A DNA stretch of 64,000 nucleotides from a virus (Duplodnaviria > Caudoviricetes): the IMG/VR virus record IMGVR_UViG_3300025723_000013. One strand, given 5' to 3'. Position numbers and translations under genes: made by a program. Numbering within the stretch: position 1 is the stretch's first letter; each line of letters opens with the position of its first letter. The notes beneath the pieces were generated by a model that had not been told where the DNA came from, searched no databases, and saw nothing but the letters and a program-made list of their open reading frames with translations. This document shows positions 20,301 to 29,589 of this stretch, piece after piece.

Positions 20301-23300
20301 AAATTTCAAATAGCACTGCTGCATTTGTAATACCAGGATACGGAGAAGGATTGTTTGTTCCAAAAGTTTGCGCCATGGATATCCAAAAGGATAGATCTGT
20401 ATTGGTATTCATAAATTCGGATTTACCAGTAGGAGTGAGTAAATGAGTCACTCCTCCTAATGTAATACTAGGAGCACTGCAATGCAAATCAAGTATTACA
20501 TAGCATCCTACAGCCTGCGCCGCTGCGATGGCTGTGTATACTGTTTGTTTATAATTTCCCCAGTAATCGCAGTTAAATGAATTAGCCCATGCTCCGTTGT
20601 TTTGATTGTAAGTTGTTAATCCCAACCACGCTGCGGCGTTGAGAGAGATTCTTGCAACGTTGGGTTTCCAGGTTTGGAATACGGACCAATCTGGTATTTG
20701 CCCGCCCCATTGTGATACGTAATTTGCAGTTGCAGTTGTTAACGCAGATACAGGCGCAAATGCCAAACTGGAAAAGTTAGCGCCGCGTAGCTGTACAAAA
20801 TTTCCATTTTGATCAACTAGAGTATTACCGGAAACCTTTGTACTTATTCCGTTTATGTATAAAGGCACTGCTGAACTTATGCCACCCCCCAATCCGGGAC
20901 TCAGCACAGTAATGTTCAACACAGTGGCCGAGGACAAACTACTGGTAGGCAGTGCGAAAGTTAACTTATTTGTACTTGCGAAGTTAGTAGTTACTGGAAC
21001 TCCGTTAATGCGGACTACAGAATTGGAAACAAAATTAGAGCCATTCACTGTCACTGTAGCAGTTGTACTACCTTGCAGCGCATTTGAAGGAGATAGATTA
21101 TTAATAACCGGAGATGCAACACTGGTCATTTGGAAAGGACCCAGTATGGCCGAATCTCCTTGTCTGCTCCACGGTGGTAATCTATAGTGTAGATATACAG
21201 CGCGGCCATCTTCAAACCTTCCACCGTTAACCTGTATGGTTATACTGGTACTGGTCCAGTTAATCCACGGCTGTATCTCGCGTATGGTGCTGTTTGACCA
21301 TGATGTGTTATCTGTTAAGTAGATGTCACCGTCGCCGACGTCTACAAAGCAATTGGCAAAATAGCGCCATGAGTTGCTGTTGAGAGGAGTACGATTGTAT
21401 CCCCCCAACATCACCGCAGTGGACTGCGTATTGAGATTGGTTGCAGAAGTAATCACAGGCAAATAATTTGTCAACGAGTCGCCGTCGTAGGCCACTATGG
21501 TTCCACCGGCTCCTGTAAATTTAATATAAACTGTTTTCTGAGACCAACCAGATAATGTAGTACTCTGAGAAGGTATTGGAGTACCATAAGCACTGCCAGG
21601 CAGTGTTAAACTTGGATTGGGATAACTCTCGTCATTCACTGTCCATGATGTTGTGGTACTGTATTGTCCGTTAAATGGCGTTGCATATGCAAAATAAAAA
21701 CCAGTTCCCCCTTGGTTATTATAAAAGGAATTATTATAAACACCAAAATATTTGTAATTGTTATCGCTGGTTAAAATACCAACAGTGCCTGCGCTGCTGG
21801 ACGAAGCAGTAGAACTCACGGTAACTGTGCCTGCAGCCTGATTTATGTTGGTTATATAGGTATTTTGTGGGAAATACCCGTTGGAATTAGATATATAAAG
21901 TCCCGGATTAGCAAAAATAAATTGACTACAATTAGTGATAGTACTGCTATTATAGGTGATTTGTCCGCCAAATGTGGCTTGATAGAGCACAGCATTTGTT
22001 CCGTTGTTCAGTGCTTTGTTACTCAAAGTAAGTGTAGCAGTTGATCCGGATATGGCTATATTGGTAATGGTGGTACCTGATGGGAATAGGTTGCTTACAA
22101 TGTAAGATCCTGTGGTGTATCCGGAAGGAAGTGCACTGCTTGATACAAAGTTTACTGTGCTGGTGTTAGCAAAAACCAGTCCAACATACGACCCATTACT
22201 GATGCCGCTGGATGAAGACCAATATGGATCTGCTCTTTCCCACCAAGTGGCCATCAAGGTGTGTGGAACTCCTAGATAGGGATATTTCACTGACAATAAT
22301 TGATCATAGCCTCTATTGCCAGATCCAATACCCAATCCACCTATAATATTTTGGACTCTGTTATTTGGCCCATAAATTGTTGTTGGCGTGTCCACTGTCC
22401 CTGCAGGATAGTTGATTGATGGACGCACAAATGGCACGGCTCTGTAAGCCATGGCAGCTGATGTATTTGCTGCAATAACAGGATCTGATAGGTCTGGAAG
22501 AGCAGCATCTGTCCAAGTAGCAGTCAACACGCTGTTGATAGACCCATTATCCCATGCCACTGGCGACGATAACAGTTTGTTGGTAAACGTCATTCCTGTG
22601 GCTGTGCTGGTTATAACAAAAGTCTGATTGTGTGCCAATAGCGTCATAGACGCAGTCGACAATATGTTTACAGGAGTTGAATAAATTACACGTTCATTTT
22701 GATCGTACACATACAGTGTTCGATTGGTTCCGGTACTTAGTTGCCCTTGATTGAACACGTATGAAATAGCAGTTCCGGACCAAGATACCAGGCACTGCGG
22801 CTCTGAATAGGTGCCGTCGCTGATTTCAACCCTAGCAGCGGTAAAGTCATAATAGATGTCGGCAAAGTTTGCGGTATAGGGATTGGTAAAGTAAACTTGG
22901 TTTTGACCATTCACGTTGAATAATTTTCCAAGGTAAGCCGAACTGTCCATTTCGCTGCCTAGGGTCATGCCTGCATTATTTTGATTTCCACTGGCGTCAG
23001 TATAAGGAGCGTTCCACACGGGATTGATATCAAGCAGTCCGGCTGGATCTATAGCAGGAAGCACACTAAGGGGAGGTTTAATTGTGCTGTTGCCAAAATA
23101 CAGTGTTCCTGCTCCGGTAGCAGCATTGCCATTCACTCGGCTGAGCACAGTGCCAGTACTGCCCACTCGCCACTTTACTGCGTGTTCCCAACGATTCCAC
23201 TGTGTAACATCGGGCACTTGATTAGAGGTTGATGTGCTCAGTGACCCGCTCACATTGCTGGCATTGTTATAACCCGGCCAATTTAAATTGGTCGCGCCAG

Positions 23301-26300
23301 TTAATCCTCCCGGCATGATAAAGCCAGCAGCGTTGTTGTAGGGCTTTTGTGTAAAATTAGTAGAATCAGTCAGTATTGTTTCAGTATCGTTGTTACTACC
23401 GAAATGATATGATCTACGAGTTCGTTTCTGGTCCGAGATCACATTGTTTACGCCGCCTTGACTTTGAAACTTGTATGACAAGTATTCTCCGGTGTAGCTT
23501 GCAGTGGTAATACCATTCACTGATACCACCAAACCTCCGCAATATCTATCGGTATACATGGTAGGATTGCCCATACCTCTCTGGAAATAATATCCCGATT
23601 GTGACACGCCTCCTGCCACTAGCCCAAAGCCTGTGAATGGAAAGCCATTCCAGATAGTGGCTGTGAATGGAGGACAAGTAATGTGTTTGGTTGAATTTGA
23701 ATAGAACGCAGTCATGCCGCCCAGTACTCGATTCCAGTCGGCGTCGGTATATGTGGTAGGCAAGCCCTGATCCATTTGTGCCCACACTAGATGCATGTGG
23801 TTATAGCCCTTCCAGCTATAGTTGCCAAAGTTGTAATTGGCTCTTGTGCCAAAATTGATACCACTAGGTGCCGACACTGATGCCAATTGACCATGCACCA
23901 AATTGCTTGGCGGATTATTCTGCACCAGTGCTGAAAAGATCGCTCCAAGGGTAAGATAACTTGGATTTTGAGCCCCGCCTTCGATGGGATTAAATGTGGC
24001 CGTAAATGTGCCAACGGTTCCTACGGATTTGTATTCTGCAGTGGCTGCATTTTGATTGGGCTTATAGTAAAAATTCCACATGGCACCGTTTATCAAAGGC
24101 GCAGTGACAGAAGCGGTACCTTGGAAAAAAGTAGTTGAACTTGATAGTGTTAATCCGGTAAATCCTGTGCCTGGAGTCGGTGTGGTTGGAACCGTGGCAT
24201 CGACTTCGTCAAATGTTACCGCTACAAATAATCCGTTGTTAGAAAGATTACTGGTTAATGTATTATTAGACACTGTGACGCTGATGGCATTGGTATTGGT
24301 ACCAGATGGCACGTTTCTTTGTAAATTTATAGCAGATGCAACTACAGGATTAGCAGCTACTCCTGTTATTTCAAACACACTAAAAGCAACCCAGTCTTCA
24401 AAAGCTCCCGATGTCGGGGCCATATTGACAGTATAGGTTCCGCTGGACACATTACTTGCTGCCCAATGTCCGACTGATTGAGTTCCTTGTATGCCTAAGT
24501 TAAGTCCGACAAGATCATCATATCTACCAAGAAAATTATAATTATTAACTCCGTCAGTAGCAGTCATAGTTGGATACAAACTATAATAATTTGGCCAAGT
24601 TCCTACCACATACAAAGTGCTGCCTGCCTGCACATTGTTTAGTGTCACGTTCCAGTTTGAACTGATAGCCCCTCCTTGCGGGTAATATCCATTGTACTGT
24701 GACATCTGTCTTATTGTGGGATTATTATTGGCAACAACAACAAATGCGAAGAGAGACGTACCACCGCCGGGAGCAGGATTTACTACATCAAGTGAAATAG
24801 TGTTAGGCTGTGCCACAAATGAACTGGGAAGTACACAATTCAATGTTGAACTGCTGACATAGGTGGTTGCAGTCAGCAGTGTTGCATTGGCATAAATCTG
24901 AGATCCGGGGATGAATCCGCTGCCGAATAATGTCAAGTTAATAGAATTGCTACTGGTTGTGATGATACTGGGCGAAACTTGTGAAATACTTGGAAAAGGA
25001 TTTCCGCTGGGAATTGTGGATGTGGTAACATTAAAGACAGATGCGGCCGATACTCCCCCGCCGGGTGCAGGATTTGTCACGGTAATGGCCAGCGCGGCCA
25101 CATTGGTCAATAGCAACGACGCCAATGTGGCTGTGAATAGACTGTTACCAACATAGGTGCTGGGAATATTGGATCCATTGACTTGCACAGTGGAACTAGA
25201 CACATATCCATTACCGGTCAATGTTATAATGGTTGTAGAAGTACCTGCAACCACAGTGGATGGGTTGATACTGCTGATAGACGGAACTGGATTTACTGCA
25301 ACAACAGTAAAGATTGTTCCGTTGGATGTACCTCCGCCAGGTGATGGATTGACCACCGTGACGGTTGCGGTCGCTGCGTTGCTCAGTTGACCTGCAGGGA
25401 TCGTGGCCTGGATTTGTGTAGAAGTGTTAACATTAATTGCTAACGAACTGCTGTTATAATAAACTAAAGAACCGGCAACAAAACCTGTTCCTGATATGGT
25501 CAGTGTGGCGCCGGAAGCTCCGGCTATGGCTGTCAATGGAACTATAGAGCTTACCGAAGGAGTTGGATTTACTCCGCTAGATCCATTGATTGACAACGGT
25601 TCGTTGTAGAAATAGTAAGCACCCGCCGGTCCTAGGTTGCTGTAGATGACCGGCACGGTGCCCGAAGCGCCACCCGTGGCTCCCTGAACCACTTGATAGG
25701 CCTGGGTCACAGTGGATCCAGACCATGAACCATTTACCCAGTTATTGCCAAGGAATGTGGCATATGTTGGGACATTGCTATTCAAGGTTCCTGTTTGTGA
25801 AGGGGTTCCGGTAGTGGTTGAAACATAAGTTAAATCAGTACTGCCCACGTGCAGTATCGTGGCCGTTCCTTGGAACACTCCATTAAACCCAGTTCCTCCA
25901 GTGATGCCAGAAATATTAACGGTGGCCAGATATCCCGGCAAAAAACTTCCCTTGGTATATCCCACGGTCACTGTATTACCTGACACCTTGACACTGGTGA
26001 TTGGATTTATGATAGTGCCAACATACGCATCATTGCGGAAAGCTGCGTAGTTTAGAGGGGTTCCTTGTATTTCAATGTTGTTATTCTGTAGTGTGGCACC
26101 GCCTGTGCCCACGTCATATCCATAAACATCGCCAATCCAAAAATGCACTCTATTAGTGATCAATCTATTCCCGGTAAAACTCAGCCCTGTGCCGTTATTT
26201 GATAAACCCAACACATAGCACAATGCCGTGGCATCTACGCCAGTAGCTGCAAACAAATTGCTGTTGTATGTGTTGTTGGTCACTGTGTTGGTAGCACCTT

Positions 26301-28530
26301 GATAATACAATCCACGTGCTGTGCTATTTTGATAGGAGTTGCTCACAGGATTGAACACAGTGCCTTGCATGGCGTGTGTCCAAATAGTGTTGGTAGAAAT
26401 GGTATTGTTTTGCGGATTGCCAAATTTCATGGTGAATCCGTCGGCATAGTTTTCATAATCGTCTAATTGACCGGTAGGCGACGGGAATTGATTTCCAATT
26501 CTAGTATACATGCCTTCAAACCAATTGTGATACACAGTGGTTGGCTGCCCTGCAGGACTGCTAACATTCATAAAACAAGACTGCGGATGGCAGCCGGTAA
26601 AGTACATGTTGTTGTTATAAATTTTTTGACTGTATGGTACCACCAATCGTCCACTAGTGGTACTGATCCAGGTAGCACTGGATGAGCCAATGAGCGGCAT
26701 TATTGATCCATTGGTCCACCAGGTGTCATGCCAAAATTCATTTTCGTATACGTTGGCCGAGATACCATTAATGGCAACATCTCTACCGGATATAAATCTA
26801 TTCCATCTAATTATTGGCCAACCTTCTTGTCCCACTATATTGGCCTGGAATTGACGATCTTGCACGGTCCACCCGTGATCTTCAAATGTGCAATATTCGA
26901 TCATGCTGGTGTAGGGATATGGAGTACCTTTGGTATTTTGATTATCGGTCAACAACACGCATTGTGCATCACAAATTGCTCCGCAGGAATAGGTATTCCA
27001 ATAGAAATACAGTCCTCGCAGTTGCAAGAACATGTAATAAGCATAGAATTTGATCGGAGAAGGACCAGTTCCATATAGTCCCTGTCGCATATTGGTCGAG
27101 CGACCTGCTCCGTTGCGAATTGTTCCATTGATAATTTCAATAAAGCCGTTGTACTGATATGATCCATATCCGCCAATGCCATATGCTTCTGCCGAATTGT
27201 CGCCGGTGGCAAATGTGTTGCTGGTTCCATACGTGACAGTGTGACCGTTGAGATCAATAACGATGTTACTGACACTGAGCGGAATGTTGATGCACCATGT
27301 TGGGCTGGTCAAATCGCAAGTTAGGGTATAATAGCAATTGCTGGCAGTACACACATATTGTTGACCATTGGTGTATCCGCCGTCCACGGCGTTGGAATTG
27401 GTATTTTGTATGGTGATTGAACGGGCTAGCCCGGTATTGAGAGCCGTTACTGTTTGCTTCCCTGCTGGTAATCTTAGTGGGCCCACTGCAGATAGATCAT
27501 TTGGCGCGGCCAATCCTACCGATGTACCGGTAATCCATGCAGGAATGGCGGGGAAAAACCATGGTCTCAAACTGGTTTTATAGTATGTGGAACTGGTGAG
27601 TCCGGTGCCTACTCCGGACGGTGATACTCCCAATGCAAATCGACTCTGTATGGTTTGACCTTGTGAATCTCTAACTTGCACATACAATAAATTTCCTTCA
27701 GTGACTCCCGGAGTACCACTGACCATGCCGGTCGAACTGTTAATGGTCCACACATTTTGCGGAATAGCAGGCACAGTGGTGCCAGTGGTCCAAAAATTAA
27801 TAGGAACACCTGTATAATTACTGCTGGCAGTGGTAGTAGCCAATGGAGGCTGGTAAAACGAGTAATTGTACGGCGGGTATCCACCTTGAACCTGCACAGC
27901 GGCAGAAAATGCTGTGTTTTGCACAGGACTATTTCCATTTGCATCGGATAGCACATAGCAGTCAACTATGGTGGCCAGTGCATTGGATGAGAATGTGATT
28001 GGGGAGTTGGTATATCCTGAATTTGGAAATGGCTGTGATATTTGAACAGTGGAACTGTCGAGGATGGCTGTAACGTAAACTCCATTTATTGTGTATACCA
28101 ATACATTATTGAGATTGGGATCGGTTGAAGTAAGGAATTGACCCACTACTATTCCGGTAGTGGTTGTTAAATTGGTTATGGTTATACTGTTTTTGGTAAA
28201 TGTGCCCGAAGTAACAGTTTTAAATGAAGGTATTCCGCCTGTTTGGTTGGTATATTGGATGGTTCCTGATGCGCTTGATCCGCCGGTTATAATGAAAGTG
28301 CCATTGTAACCGATTAGGCCATTTCCTAGCATGCCAGTAACTACAACAGTGTTGCCGATTTTGGGATTTATTGGATTGAAAGGTTTAACGGTAATAGTCA
28401 CGGTGGTTCCGCTAACAGTTGCGGATGTTATGGAGTTTGTAGAACCGTTTTGTAGGTCATAGACCTGTTGGAATACCAACGGTCCTGGAACCGTTGTAGG
28501 AGACCCCATCATCATGTTGAGTAAACTCAT
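17377..28530 (-). CDS. Giant (3717 aa) tail fibre/adhesin: Ig-like + beta-helix region + 7 IPT/TIG-like repeats + two GH5 glycoside hydrolase domains
   Basis: IPT repeats (P.I..ISP....G...LT..G.NF...S....NG); GH5 motifs twice (LRG.N, R, VILD/EIH, FEIFNEPY, AHGWHAYP, TEDGG); located in tail module. Confidence 0.85.
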   Translation of the reverse strand: MSLLNMMMGSPTTVPGPLVFQQVYDLQNGSTNSITSATVSGTTVTITVKPFNPINPKIGNTVVVTGMLGNGLIGYNGTFIITGGSSASGTIQYTNQTGGIPSFKTVTSGTFTKNSITITNLTTTTGIVVGQFLTSTDPNLNNVLVYTINGVYVTAILDSSTVQISQPFPNSGYTNSPITFSSNALATIVDCYVLSDANGNSPVQNTAFSAAVQVQGGYPPYNYSFYQPPLATTTASSNYTGVPINFWTTGTTVPAIPQNVWTINSSTGMVSGTPGVTEGNLLYVQVRDSQGQTIQSRFALGVSPSGVGTGLTSSTYYKTSLRPWFFPAIPAWITGTSVGLAAPNDLSAVGPLRLPAGKQTVTALNTGLARSITIQNTNSNAVDGGYTNGQQYVCTASNCYYTLTCDLTSPTWCINIPLSVSNIVIDLNGHTVTYGTSNTFATGDNSAEAYGIGGYGSYQYNGFIEIINGTIRNGAGRSTNMRQGLYGTGPSPIKFYAYYMFLQLRGLYFYWNTYSCGAICDAQCVLLTDNQNTKGTPYPYTSMIEYCTFEDHGWTVQDRQFQANIVGQEGWPIIRWNRFISGRDVAINGISANVYENEFWHDTWWTNGSIMPLIGSSSATWISTTSGRLVVPYSQKIYNNNMYFTGCHPQSCFMNVSSPAGQPTTVYHNWFEGMYTRIGNQFPSPTGQLDDYENYADGFTMKFGNPQNNTISTNTIWTHAMQGTVFNPVSNSYQNSTARGLYYQGATNTVTNNTYNSNLFAATGVDATALCYVLGLSNNGTGLSFTGNRLITNRVHFWIGDVYGYDVGTGGATLQNNNIEIQGTPLNYAAFRNDAYVGTIINPITSVKVSGNTVTVGYTKGSFLPGYLATVNISGITGGTGFNGVFQGTATILHVGSTDLTYVSTTTGTPSQTGTLNSNVPTYATFLGNNWVNGSWSGSTVTQAYQVVQGATGGASGTVPVIYSNLGPAGAYYFYNEPLSINGSSGVNPTPSVSSIVPLTAIAGASGATLTISGTGFVAGSLVYYNSSSLAINVNTSTQIQATIPAGQLSNAATATVTVVNPSPGGGTSNGTIFTVVAVNPVPSISSINPSTVVAGTSTTIITLTGNGYVSSSTVQVNGSNIPSTYVGNSLFTATLASLLLTNVAALAITVTNPAPGGGVSAASVFNVTTSTIPSGNPFPSISQVSPSIITTSSNSINLTLFGSGFIPGSQIYANATLLTATTYVSSSTLNCVLPSSFVAQPNTISLDVVNPAPGGGTSLFAFVVVANNNPTIRQMSQYNGYYPQGGAISSNWNVTLNNVQAGSTLYVVGTWPNYYSLYPTMTATDGVNNYNFLGRYDDLVGLNLGIQGTQSVGHWAASNVSSGTYTVNMAPTSGAFEDWVAFSVFEITGVAANPVVASAINLQRNVPSGTNTNAISVTVSNNTLTSNLSNNGLFVAVTFDEVDATVPTTPTPGTGFTGLTLSSSTTFFQGTASVTAPLINGAMWNFYYKPNQNAATAEYKSVGTVGTFTATFNPIEGGAQNPSYLTLGAIFSALVQNNPPSNLVHGQLASVSAPSGINFGTRANYNFGNYSWKGYNHMHLVWAQMDQGLPTTYTDADWNRVLGGMTAFYSNSTKHITCPPFTATIWNGFPFTGFGLVAGGVSQSGYYFQRGMGNPTMYTDRYCGGLVVSVNGITTASYTGEYLSYKFQSQGGVNNVISDQKRTRRSYHFGSNNDTETILTDSTNFTQKPYNNAAGFIMPGGLTGATNLNWPGYNNASNVSGSLSTSTSNQVPDVTQWNRWEHAVKWRVGSTGTVLSRVNGNAATGAGTLYFGNSTIKPPLSVLPAIDPAGLLDINPVWNAPYTDASGNQNNAGMTLGSEMDSSAYLGKLFNVNGQNQVYFTNPYTANFADIYYDFTAARVEISDGTYSEPQCLVSWSGTAISYVFNQGQLSTGTNRTLYVYDQNERVIYSTPVNILSTASMTLLAHNQTFVITSTATGMTFTNKLLSSPVAWDNGSINSVLTATWTDAALPDLSDPVIAANTSAAMAYRAVPFVRPSINYPAGTVDTPTTIYGPNNRVQNIIGGLGIGSGNRGYDQLLSVKYPYLGVPHTLMATWWERADPYWSSSSGISNGSYVGLVFANTSTVNFVSSSALPSGYTTGSYIVSNLFPSGTTITNIAISGSTATLTLSNKALNNGTNAVLYQATFGGQITYNSSTITNCSQFIFANPGLYISNSNGYFPQNTYITNINQAAGTVTVSSTASSSSAGTVGILTSDNNYKYFGVYNNSFYNNQGGTGFYFAYATPFNGQYSTTTSWTVNDESYPNPSLTLPGSAYGTPIPSQSTTLSGWSQKTVYIKFTGAGGTIVAYDGDSLTNYLPVITSATNLNTQSTAVMLGGYNRTPLNSNSWRYFANCFVDVGDGDIYLTDNTSWSNSTIREIQPWINWTSTSITIQVNGGRFEDGRAVYLHYRLPPWSRQGDSAILGPFQMTSVASPVINNLSPSNALQGSTTATVTVNGSNFVSNSVVRINGVPVTTNFASTNKLTFALPTSSLSSATVLNITVLSPGLGGGISSAVPLYINGISTKVSGNTLVDQNGNFVQLRGANFSSLAFAPVSALTTATANYVSQWGGQIPDWSVFQTWKPNVARISLNAAAWLGLTTYNQNNGAWANSFNCDYWGNYKQTVYTAIAAAQAVGCYVILDLHCSAPSITLGGVTHLLTPTGKSEFMNTNTDLSFWISMAQTFGTNNPSPYPGITNAAVLFEIFNEPYLDINGSVSTATAYSLMLQGGSFPPNLPFGVDVDNGISIISSTSIGILGYTQVVNAIRANGANNVCIINGAYRTQSAQNYTSWFPTDSLSTGTSGSQLAHGWHAYPVGNPQSAYPYTITGSIYGKTGTDDTSQGWDHWYQQILNAGIPVLITEDGGLGGTSASQGEPHITFMENWSDQNNVSYIASQYTANQNYNIASCQYYLTQYATAANTSPPSVVPIQGAGVAVYNWTKNHVNPTAPTPRLLSMSPTQTASTLSSITLTVTGTNFTSNSVINWNGVALPTFFGSSTGLTATVTATNLINPGSFPVTVSTPGATTVSLPLTFTVSGNVYSSYYLSRLSAAVGSPDITVTLQSIPGTVFPSYRGVTWNGSGDTLDQSHSLSSTQISPTQIQAIIPAHLLSVPNAAPISVDIQVGAYGIGQIPQIYPIQTFVAQPVTTASLTVKVASSGGIFVDANNNYLQLRGVNLGGLQYAVRNNNEIIWEGIVPRYAVLAKWKCSIVRIPMNAGSWLGITCWDVDTTVRNSQGFFTQWANAPSRNADLYGSTRAATIAAVQAAQALGCRVILEIHWSAPYLTLTDPVTGTPSRRLATPIGQSAFMNADTDLDFWKSIANTFGTQAPPVAPGIQNDGIIFEIFNEPYLDSNSSNQPFVRNLMLNGGSWPANTQWGYDIDTAATVVSQAPINVLGYQQVIDAIRTTGAQNVCVINGPTFTQQAQNYKGWFPTDKILVGGNLQVASNPQLAHGWHAYPGGGFPTQSYPYTADPSWIYGKTGGDAYQGTSNFDYWYKQLQAANIPVIMTEDGGLIGPQATQGEPHIDFMTKWADQNNASYVAWNWTSPQNPAYNVNFGLTQYDASGNYIPGQGAGVAVYNWLTNHTTATVPTPQLLGISPTNIAHGSTNITLTVTGKFFVSGPPGTTVNWNGVALSTTYNSSTQVTAVIPSTYLASAGTAAITLTSPGAVYPSTTSTFTIN

Positions 28531-28532
28531 TC

Positions 28533-29573
28533 TTAACTCAACCCTGCTCCGGACGCTATTCCTTCGGAGCCAGAATTAAACCAAATGGTACACAATCCAT
28601 ATGCAGCCAGCGTCCGTGTACCAGTGCTGGCAGTACCCGCTAGGCGTAAAGTATTAATGCCCGAAGCAATAGCAATTGATGCAGTGGACACATTGTATAT
28701 ACTGACAACATTTCCTTGACTAAACACTGCATTTGGAACAGTAATTGTGCCAGAGGCAACAACGCATTTGCCATTGTCGGTCAACGACAGTGTTGTACTT
28801 GTAGAAGCAGGTACCGAGTTTGATGCAGCGCTACCGATATAACCAAGAGATCCGGAATAACCAGTGGGAGGACCTTGAGATCCAGCATAACCTATGCCTG
28901 TAGATCCTATATATCCATAACTACCTACAAATCCAGTAGTACCTGTAGAACCCACTGAGCCAATGTATCCTGCACTGCCTACAAACCCAGATGCAGTGCT
29001 AGCTGATCCTGTATAGCCGACTGATCCTGTGTAGCCGATACTGCCTGTATAACCTGTTGCTGTGCTAGCTGATCCAGTATAACCAGTTGATCCGGTATAA
29101 CCGCGTGATCCTGTGTAGCCTGTAGCGGTACTAGCTGATCCAGTATAGCCGCCTGCAGGACCAAGAGATCCGGTATATCCAGTACTGCCGCTTCCAGTAT
29201 AGCCAGTTGACCCAGCATATCCTATAGAACCAAGATATCCTGATGCTGTACTGGCTGATCCTGTGTATCCTATTGATCCCGCATAGCCAATTGAACCGGC
29301 AAATCCTAAGGATCCTGTGTATCCCGAGGCAGTGCTGGCAGATCCTGTATATCCTGCACTTCCTGCATATCCAACCGATCCAATATACCCCGAGGCAGTG
29401 CTGGCCGATCCTGTATAACCATTTCCATTAAATGTGGATCCTCTTGCTAATATATCGGCTACGGTGGCACGTTTGGTAACAGGAACATTGCCTGTTAAAT
29501 CTACAACGGGCATAATGACATTTTGTAGATTAGTGCTTGTAGATAATCCAGGTAAATTTTCAATAGTTGGCAT
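28533..29573 (-). CDS. Collagen-like tail fibre protein with GY(T/A/I)GS repeats
   Basis: More than 20 G-Y-x-G-S units; C-terminal TLRLAGT..G.RTLAAYGLCTI...SGAGLS. Confidence 0.85.
   Translation of the reverse strand: MPTIENLPGLSTSTNLQNVIMPVVDLTGNVPVTKRATVADILARGSTFNGNGYTGSASTASGYIGSVGYAGSAGYTGSASTASGYTGSLGFAGSIGYAGSIGYTGSASTASGYLGSIGYAGSTGYTGSGSTGYTGSLGPAGGYTGSASTATGYTGSRGYTGSTGYTGSASTATGYTGSIGYTGSVGYTGSASTASGFVGSAGYIGSVGSTGTTGFVGSYGYIGSTGIGYAGSQGPPTGYSGSLGYIGSAASNSVPASTSTTLSLTDNGKCVVASGTITVPNAVFSQGNVVSIYNVSTASIAIASGINTLRLAGTASTGTRTLAAYGLCTIWFNSGSEGIASGAGLS
28850..29420 (-). repeat. Degenerate coding tandem repeats (GYTGS / GYTGSASTASG)
   Basis: Recurrent ggatcct/tata(a/g)cc/gtgctggc(a/t)gatcc blocks; boundaries approximate. 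Confidence 0.8.
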
Positions 29574-29589
29574 TCAAATTCTCCATAAT

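Noticed and set aside
17904-27965. Numerous antisense or alternate-frame ORFs inside the 3717-aa gene
   Set aside because: Expected shadows of a Thr/Ser/Gly-rich reading frame; no SD or recognisable motifs
28850-29420. Regular repeats resembling a CRISPR array
   Set aside because: Degenerate in-frame coding repeats (GYTGS); no constant repeat with unique spacers and no cas genes
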